Shown here one piece after another: positions 18,171 to 26,200 of a DNA stretch of 64,000 nucleotides (its first letter is position 1; each line of letters opens with the position of its first letter). A program made the position numbers and the translations under genes. Under the pieces are notes generated by a model. That model worked only from the letters and a program-made list of their open reading frames with translations, was not told the origin of the DNA and searched no databases. Origin of the DNA: Gammaproteobacteria bacterium (GTDB lineage Bacteria > Pseudomonadota > Gammaproteobacteria > DRLM01); contig DRLM01000017.1 of assembly GCA_011375345.1 (NCBI GenBank), positions 675-64,674 on the forward strand, given 5' to 3'.

Positions 18171-19004
18171 TCAGCGGCTCAAGGCGCGCCGGCGCCCCTC
18201 GTGCACGATGGCGTCGTAGTCGTTTTTCAAGTATCCGATGCCGCGCAAATCCAGCAGCTTGGCCTCATGGCCGTGCCTGTCCAGCAGCATGTAGGCAACC
18301 GGCTGGGTGCTGACTTCGTTGGCTTTCTCGGTGGCTTGCGCAAGATAGACAAAGTGGTTCTTGTCGTAGTCCACCGAATAAACCGCGTGTTCTCTCATGC
18401 TGGTGTCCACAAAGATTTTGTATTTGACGGCGGACTCGCTGAGATGGGTCACCTGATTGGGCATGCGGCTCACAAACAAGTCAACGCGCACGACGATATG
18501 ACCCTGATCCAGCTCGGACAAGGTGTGCGGGTCCGCGGGCACCCAAAAATCGCCGGACAGCAGTATGGCCCCGGTTTTCTCCCGAATGAGGAAATAACGG
18601 CCAAAGCCCTCCAGCACAAACAGGTCCTGTTGCACGGGATCAATGTAAATGGTGAAGTTGATGAAGCCTTTGATATAGATGCGCTGCTGGATCAGTTCCT
18701 CGCGCAGCTCGTTGACGCCGTACAGATCTTTCAGCTGTTGCCAGTTCTGCGCCCCCATCATGCGGGAAAACACCTCGTCCATGCGGGCGTTTTGTTGGGC
18801 GATGCTGGGCAGCGGCAGATCCGGACTGACCGGGCCCGCTTCATCGCGGGGGGGCTCGAGAAACAAAAACACCTGCTTGTAAGACTCGGTCTGCGACACG
18901 CGTGCGATTTGTATGGGCACGAGTTTGGTCACAGCACACGCCGTCAACATGCATGGCAAGGCGAAGGCAACCAAAAGGGGAAGTCGTTTTGTGAATGGTC
19001 CCAC
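18171..19004 (-). CDS. Lipoprotein of unknown function, first gene of a two-gene operon with the Zn-ribbon protein
   Basis: GTG start. MGPFTKRLPLLVAFALPCMLTAC has lipobox LTAC. Its stop (18171) lies 5 nt from the downstream start at 18166. No recognisable domain. Confidence 0.65.
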   Translation of the reverse strand: MGPFTKRLPLLVAFALPCMLTACAVTKLVPIQIARVSQTESYKQVFLFLEPPRDEAGPVSPDLPLPSIAQQNARMDEVFSRMMGAQNWQQLKDLYGVNELREELIQQRIYIKGFINFTIYIDPVQQDLFVLEGFGRYFLIREKTGAILLSGDFWVPADPHTLSELDQGHIVVRVDLFVSRMPNQVTHLSESAVKYKIFVDTSMREHAVYSVDYDKNHFVYLAQATEKANEVSTQPVAYMLLDRHGHEAKLLDLRGIGYLKNDYDAIVHEGRRRALSR

Positions 19005-19230
19005 GATGTGCGCGCTCCGTGCCGCCTGGACGCATGGGTCGGAGTCACACCACGGCTGATGCCAGCGGCGCTGCCCTTGAACACTCAGGGGGAACTTAAC
19101 TTTTATTGCGAAAGGAAATCAAGCGCCCCCCGGGGGCTGGACCATCGCGCAGGGCGGTGAGGGAAGTGCGCACGCTGGGGAGATGGGGATGAGGGCGCGG
19201 TAGATCTAAGGCGCGGGAGACAGCAGGTGA

Positions 19231-20043
19231 CTATGGCGGCCTGTTGGTGTTGTACGTCCAGGGGTTGCCCTGCGTGGCGTCGAAATAATCTTCCCAACGC
19301 ACGGCCTTGGCGTCGAAGCCACCGTCGAAATAGGTGTAGGTGCCATCCGAGCCGCCGGGCCCGCTGCCTGCGGTGTAGGTGTAGCGGCCACCGGTGACGG
19401 TGGAGTTCTGGACATCGCTGGCCATGTCGAAGCTGGCCGAACCGTCGGGCAGACTCATGGTGTTGGTGACGGTGCCGGCGGTGCTCATGTCGCTGTAGCT
19501 GCTGTTGCTCATGTCGATTTCGAACAGGGCCGTCACGTCTGGTGCATTGAGCATTTGGCTGATACGGGGTTTGGCATCGAATTTCCCTTTGTAAAACTCC
19601 ATCGCCACCTCGCCGTCGTTGAGAATCTGCCGGATCAACACCCGCTGCGGGTTGCCTTCGGCGTTGGCGGTGTTCACGCCGGTGCTGATATCCAGCGGGT
19701 CTGTGCCATTGCCGCCGCTGCCCCCCCCGTCACCGCCCACTGCGGAACCGGATCCTCCCTGAAAGCTGCCAAAGCCGTTTTGGATGTACACCTCCTGGAT
19801 GAAGCCTTCGGCGGGATCGCCGACGATCAGGTGATAGTAATTCAACCCGGTGTCAGGGTCCGTTACCACTTCCGGTGTCACCGTCACGGTGTCGTATAAA
19901 AAACGGGTGCCGTCACTGTCGATAAAAGCGCCGGTATTGTCGGGCATGAAGTTCAGGGTAAATTCCGCCGCGGCGGGTGGGAGACAGGTCAGTGTGACCA
20001 CCAGACAGGTACAACAGGGAAAAAGCGCAGTGCATGTCTTCAT
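19231..20043 (-). CDS. Secreted Gly/Ser/Thr/Asp-rich protein of unknown function
   Basis: Internal ATG 20043 gives MKTCTALFPCCTCLVVTLTCLPPAAA-EF (signal peptide). Mature protein is rich in G/S/T/D/N/Y (GGSGSAVGGDGGGSGGNGTD; TGGRYTYTAGSGPGGSDGTYTYFDGGFD). Divergent from the giant gene. Confidence 0.55.
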   Translation of the reverse strand: MKTCTALFPCCTCLVVTLTCLPPAAAEFTLNFMPDNTGAFIDSDGTRFLYDTVTVTPEVVTDPDTGLNYYHLIVGDPAEGFIQEVYIQNGFGSFQGGSGSAVGGDGGGSGGNGTDPLDISTGVNTANAEGNPQRVLIRQILNDGEVAMEFYKGKFDAKPRISQMLNAPDVTALFEIDMSNSSYSDMSTAGTVTNTMSLPDGSASFDMASDVQNSTVTGGRYTYTAGSGPGGSDGTYTYFDGGFDAKAVRWEDYFDATQGNPWTYNTNRPP

Positions 20044-20099
20044 ATGAGGGGGCTTGCCCATGGCCGAGTGCAACGACTGGGTTATCGGCAATTTATGCA

Positions 20100-20250
20100 A
20101 TCCCTTTAAGAACCCCTCTTCAGCTTTTGAATTTTCTCTAAATTTTTATAGATGCCGTCCGATATTCTCGGTACCGGCCGCGCCCCCTGGCGCGTTTGCC
20201 TGTCGCCACGGAGGGTTGATTTCCCAGTCGCTGACACCGAGGTGAAGTTA
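20100..20250. promoter_or_regulatory. AT-rich divergent promoter region for the giant surface-protein gene and the 19231..20043 gene
   Basis: A local GC drop (TTATGCAATCCCTTTAAGAACCCCTCTTCAGCTTTTGAATTTTCTCTAAATTTTTATAGATGCC) contains TTGAAT and TATAGA/TAGATG-like hexamers. It lies upstream of the GAGGTGA SD and ATG 20251. Confidence 0.35.
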
Positions 20251-23200
20251 ATGACGCGTGGCGCGCTTCGATTCCGTACACTGTCGATCCAAGACCCGCC
20301 TTCCCCCTGCCCCGCCTCCTCCACCTCCGGCACCCTCCGGATTGTTGCGCCGGCCCTGCTGTGCCTGCTCTTGCTTTGGAGCAGCGCCGCCGTGCGCGCC
20401 GGCGATTTTGTTCAAAGCGACTGGTCTGCTGGTATCCCCACCGACACCACGGCCTGCAGCGCTGCCGGTGGCACGTGGACGGGCAGCGAATGCGCCGCCG
20501 TGCATCCGGGCAATCAGACGGGCTGGAGTGCCTACAGCACCAAGGACAGCCTGCTCAATGTGACGGGCGGCGGCGCCGATTTGCAGCTGGGAACCACCGG
20601 TGACAAGGTGCAGGATGGAAGTGAAAGCGATTTCACTTTCAGCCGCAACACCGCAGCGCAGCACACCAGCAATTACGATTTTTCCGTAGGCGGCACGCTC
20701 TCCGCCACCACGGTCCGCAGCGGCGCCGTGCGCTTGAGCGAAACGGGGCACACGCCCTCCTGGGTCGCCAACAGCGCCTGGAACGCGCCCGACGTGGGCA
20801 GCTACAGCAAACCGGCCTTGGCCGATCTGGACAACGACGGTGACTACGATCTGATGCTGGGTTCCTCCAACGGCATTGTGTACGGCTACCGCAACACCGG
20901 CACTGATGCCACGCCCAGCTGGACTTCCCAGAGCAGCTGGAACGCGCCGGACATCGGCAGCTACGTGGCACCGGCCCTGGCGGACCTGGACGGTGACGGC
21001 GATCTCGACCTGATGATCGGCGAATCGGCGGGGCTGACCTTCGCCTACGAAAATACCGGCACCCTCAGCAACCCGGTGTGGAGCGCCAAACCGGAATGGA
21101 ATCTCAGCACCGATGTGGGGAGCTGGGCCGCCCCTGCCCTGGCGGATCTGGACGCTGACGGGGATTTCGATTTGCTGGTGGGCAACGTCGACGGGGTGAG
21201 CTATGCTTTTGAAAACACGGGCAACGCCTCGGCGCCCGTGTGGACCGCCAAGACCGCCTGGAACGCCCCCGACATCGGCGGCTATTCCGGCCCTGCCGCG
21301 GCCGATCTGGACGGTGACGGCGACGTCGACCTGATCATCGGCAGCTCCGGCGGGATCAGCTACGGCTATGCCAACAACGGCGACAACACCTGGACGGCCA
21401 ACACCGCCTGGGACACTCCCGATGCCGGCAGTTACGTGTATCCCGCCCTGGCGGATCTGGACGCCGACGGCGATCTGGACTTCCTCGCCGGCAACATAGG
21501 GGGTAACGCCACCGGCTACCGCAACGACGGCAGCAGCACTTATGCCGCTTCAGGCACGATGACCTCCCCGGTGATCGACACTGTCAGCCAGCTGGGCTTC
21601 ACCACGCTGGATTACAGCGCCACTGTGCCCGCCAACACCACCCTGAGCCTGGATGTGCGCGCCGGGGATACGGCCACCCCCGACGGGAGCTGGACCGCCT
21701 GGCTGACGGGCGTCGCCAACGGTGGCGACATTTCCACGCTGGGGACGCGGCGCTATGTGCAGTACCGGGCTGTGTTCGCCACCACCGACAGCAGCGCCAC
21801 CCCAACCCTCAAGGACATTACCTTCAACTACGCCAACTATCCCCTGGCCAGTGCCGTGGCCCGCTCGGGGGCCGGCAGCGCGGCGGCCGTGACGCTGGGA
21901 ATCAATTTCGCGCCGTCCATCACCGGCACCTACAACAGCCCCTATTCGGTGGTCAGCGTTCATGTCTCCGGCAATTACGCCTTCATCGCCGATGATTCCG
22001 GCAACTCGTTCTCGGCTCACCGCATCGTGGATATCTCCGACCCCGCCAGCCCCGTCCAGGTGGCCTACACTCAGCACGGCGCGCGCATCTGGGATGTGTT
22101 CGTGGCCGGCAGCTACGCCTACGTGGCTGCCACCGACAAGGGCCTGGCAGTGGTGGATATCTCCACCCCCAGTGCCCCGGTAACGGTGGGCACCGTGGAT
22201 ACTCCGGGCTGGGCCTGGGGGGTCTACGTGGAAGGCAGTTATGCTTATGTGGGGGATTACACCACCGGCGGCCTGCAGATCATTGATGTCAGCGACCCGG
22301 CCAACCCCACCATTGTCGGCAGCCTGGACACGCCGGGAGACGCACACCGGATTCATGTTTCCGGCAACTATGCCTATCTCACCGACGGCAGCTCCGGTTT
22401 GCAAATCATCGACGTGTCGGACAAGGCCAACCCCACCCTGGTGGCCACTTATTCCGATACCGTCAACGGCGTCTACGTCAAAGGCAACTACGCCTACATC
22501 ACCGGCACCGGCTTCAAGGTGCTGGACATTTCCAACCCGGCCTCCCCCACGCTGGTGGGAACGGCGGGGGGGGCCAGCGCCGGCCAGGGGGTGATCGTGG
22601 CGGGGGATTATGCCTACATGGCGGACACCAACTATTTGCGGGTGTTTGACATCAGCGAACCCACCACCCCCACCCAGGTAAGCAGTACCGCCGTGACGTA
22701 TATCAACGATGTGTACGTGGTGGGGAATCAGGCCTATGCCTCTGCGGCCAGCGCCGGCATCCACGCCATGTCCCTGGGCCCGTACAGCAACTCGGGATCA
22801 TTCACGTCCCAAATACTGGACGCCGGCCAGCATCTGGGCTGGACCACCCTGTCCGCCACCGCCGCGGTGCCGGCAGGCACCAGCTTGAGCTACGATGTGC
22901 GCGCCGGCGCCAGCGCCACTCCCGACGGCAGCTGGACAGCGTGGATCACCGGCGTGGCGGACGGTGGCGATATTTCCGCCCTGGGCACCCTCCGCTACAT
23001 CCAGTACCGCGCCAACTTCGCCACGAGCGACACCAGCGTCACACCGTCGCTGGATGCCATGGCGCTGAACTTCAACCACTACGCTTACAGTGCCAGCCTC
23101 ATTTCCTCGCCCTTCAACACCACTGCTGCCGGCAATCTGCTGGACGGCCTGGTCTGGACCGAAACGCTGCCCCCAGGCACCGATGTACGCATCGAGCTGC

Positions 23201-26200
23201 GTACCACCCCTGACAGCAGCGGCGCCCCCGGCACCTGGAGCGCCTGGCTGGGTCCCGATGATGCCGCCGGCAGCTACTGGAACTCCGGCAACACCAGTGC
23301 CGGCGGCTGCAGTGGCAGCGGCAGCGTGGTCTGCACGGTCATGGCCGACAGCCAGCGGGACGGCCTGGCGGACCAGTGGTTTCAGTACCGCGTCACGCTC
23401 ACTTCCGATGGCAGCGCCACCCCCACCCTGGCCAGCCTCACCAGCAGCTACGGCAGCAGCGGCAGCAGCGGCATCACGGTGACCCCCACCGGCGGCCTGG
23501 CCACCTCGGAAAGCGGGGGCACAGCCAGTTTCACCGTGGTGCTGGACAGCGCCCCCGGTGCCGATGTCACCCTCGGCATGTACAGCAGCGACACCACCGA
23601 GGGCACGGTCGCGCCCTCTTCGCTGACGTTCACCCCGGCCGACTGGAGCACACCCCAGACCGTTACCATCACCGGAGTCGACGACTTTTTCGACGATGGC
23701 GACGTTGCCTATTCCATCGTCACCGCCGCCAGCGTCAGCAGCGACCCCGCGTTCGACGACATCAACGCCGCCGATGTCAGCATCAGCAACGTGGACAACG
23801 ACACTGCCGGCATCAATGTCTCCCCCACCTCGGGTCTAATCACGACGGAAGCCGGGGCCAGCGCCAGCTTCACCGTGGTGCTGAACACCCAGCCCACGGC
23901 GGACGTGACCCTGGCCCTGTCCAGCTCCAACACGGCCGAGGGCACGGTTGCGCCCGGCTCGCTGACCTTCACCCCGGCCGACTGGAGCACGCCCCAGACC
24001 GTTACCGTCACCGGGGTGGATGAAAACGTCATTGACGGCGATCAGGCCTATACTGTCGTCACTGCCGCCGCCACCAGCGGCGACAGCCAATACAGCGGCT
24101 TCAACGCTGCTGACGTGGCCGTGACCAACAGCGATGACGACACCGCCGCCGTCACCGTGAGCCCCGCCACGCTGACGGTGAGCGAGGCGGGCGCCTTCGC
24201 CCCTTTCACGGTGACCCTCACCAGCCAGCCCACGGCCAATGTCACCATGATGCTGTCCAGCTCCGACAGCAGCGAGGGCATGGTGCTGCCCTTTGCCATG
24301 ACCTTCACCCCCAGCAACTGGAACACACCCCAGACGGCGACGGTGTTCGGGGTAAACGACCAACTGACAGACGGCGACCAGACTTTCGCCATTGTCACCT
24401 CCGCCTTCACCAGCGCTGACAGCAACTTCAACGGCGTCAACCCCGCCGACATCACCGTCACCAACACCGACGACGATACGTATTCCATCATCGTCACCCC
24501 CAGTTCGGGCCTGGTCACCACCGAGAACGGCGGCAGCGCGGAATTTAAAATCGCCCTGGGCACCCAGCCCACGGCGGATGTAACCATCAACCTCAGCAGC
24601 AGCGATACCAGCGAAGGCTATGTCACCCCGTCGTCCATCACCTTCAGCCCCAGCGATATCGTCAGCCGGGGCAAGCCGGTGAAAGTCATCGGCGTAAATG
24701 ACGCCCAGACCGACGGTGACCAAAGCTACTCGGTGATCACCGCCCCCGCGGTCAGCGCCGACAGCAATTTCAACGGCCTGGACGGCGCCGATGTGACGGT
24801 CACCAACCTGGACAATGCCCGCGACCTCATTCGGCTGGAAGGCAACCAGTACGGCGCGTTGTTTGGCTACAGCGCGGCGGCCGCTGATGTCAACGGCGAC
24901 GGTTATCAGGATCTGCTGGTCGGGGCTTACGGCAGCAATACCGTTTATGCGTACCTGGGCTCTCCCAGCGGTTATTCCCTGACCCCCGACTGGAAGGCGG
25001 TGGGCAGCGGCAGTTTCGGTTATGCCGTGGCCAGCGCCGGGGACATCAATAATGACGGCTATGACGATCTGCTGGTGGGCGCGCTGCAATATTACAACGG
25101 CCAGTCCACCGAAGGCGCCGCTTTTCTGTTCCTCGGATCCGCCGCCGGCCTGCCTGATGCAGACAGCGACGGCACTGCCCAATTGTCCGACGCCGCCTGG
25201 GCCTTCGAAAGCGACCAGACCGGTGCCAACGCCGGCGCCGCGGTTGCGGGAGCGGGGGATGTCAACGGCGACGGCTACGACGACATCCTCATCGGGGCCC
25301 AGTACTACGACAACGGCGAATCCAACGAAGGCGCCGCCTTTTTCTTCTATGGCAGCGCCACCGGTCCGGCCGATGCCGACAGCGACGGCATCGCTCGCCC
25401 CGGCGACGCCAACTGGACCTTTGAGAGCGACTATGCCAACGGCTATGCCGGCGCCGCCCTTGCCGGCGCTGGCGATCTCAACAACGACGGCAAGGCCGAT
25501 ATCATCATCGGCATTCAACGCTACAGCAACGGCCAGACCTACGAGGGCCGCGCTGTGGTCTTCTATGGCAGCGCCACCGGCCTCGCGGACGCTGACAGCG
25601 ATGGTACCGCCCGCATGAGCGATGCCGACTGGGCGGCGGAAATCGACCAAACCAGCGCCTACTTCGGTTATGCCGTGGCCGGCGCTGGTGATGTCAACGG
25701 CGACAACTACGACGACATTATCGTGGGAGCATATCTCTGGGATGCCGGTACCACCAATGAGGGCGGGGCCTTCGTCTTCCACGGTTCCGCCAGCGGCCTG
25801 CCCGACGGCGATGGCGATGGCCTGGCCAGGTTCAGCGATGCCAACTGGTCCGCCAGCAGCAGCCAACTCTATGCTGAACTGGGCCGCGCCGTGGCCACCG
25901 TCGGCGACTTCAACGGCGACGGCTACAGCGACGTCATCGTGGCCACCCCCGACTACGATGAAAGCTACGCCAGCGTCAATATCGACGAGGGCCGTGCCGC
26001 CGTTTACCTGGGCGCCGCGTCGGGCCTGGCCGGCAGCGCCTCCTGGACCGTTGCCGGTGAGCAGGCCAGTGCGCTCATGGGCTACGCCCTCGGTGGCCTG
26101 GGCGATCTCAACAGCGACGGCCAGGACGATGTTTTCGTGAGTGCATACCAATGGGAGTCCACCAGCGCCGAGAGCAATGAAGGGGCCGTCTTTGTCTACC

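Noticed and set aside
20152-20250. ATG 20152 as start of the giant gene
   Set aside because: It has no SD, and its 33 extra residues (MPSDILGTGRAPWRVCLSPRRVDFPVADTEVKL) precede the n-region of the signal peptide. ATG 20251 has a GAGGTGA SD at optimal spacing. Both are in frame, so the choice affects only the N-terminus.
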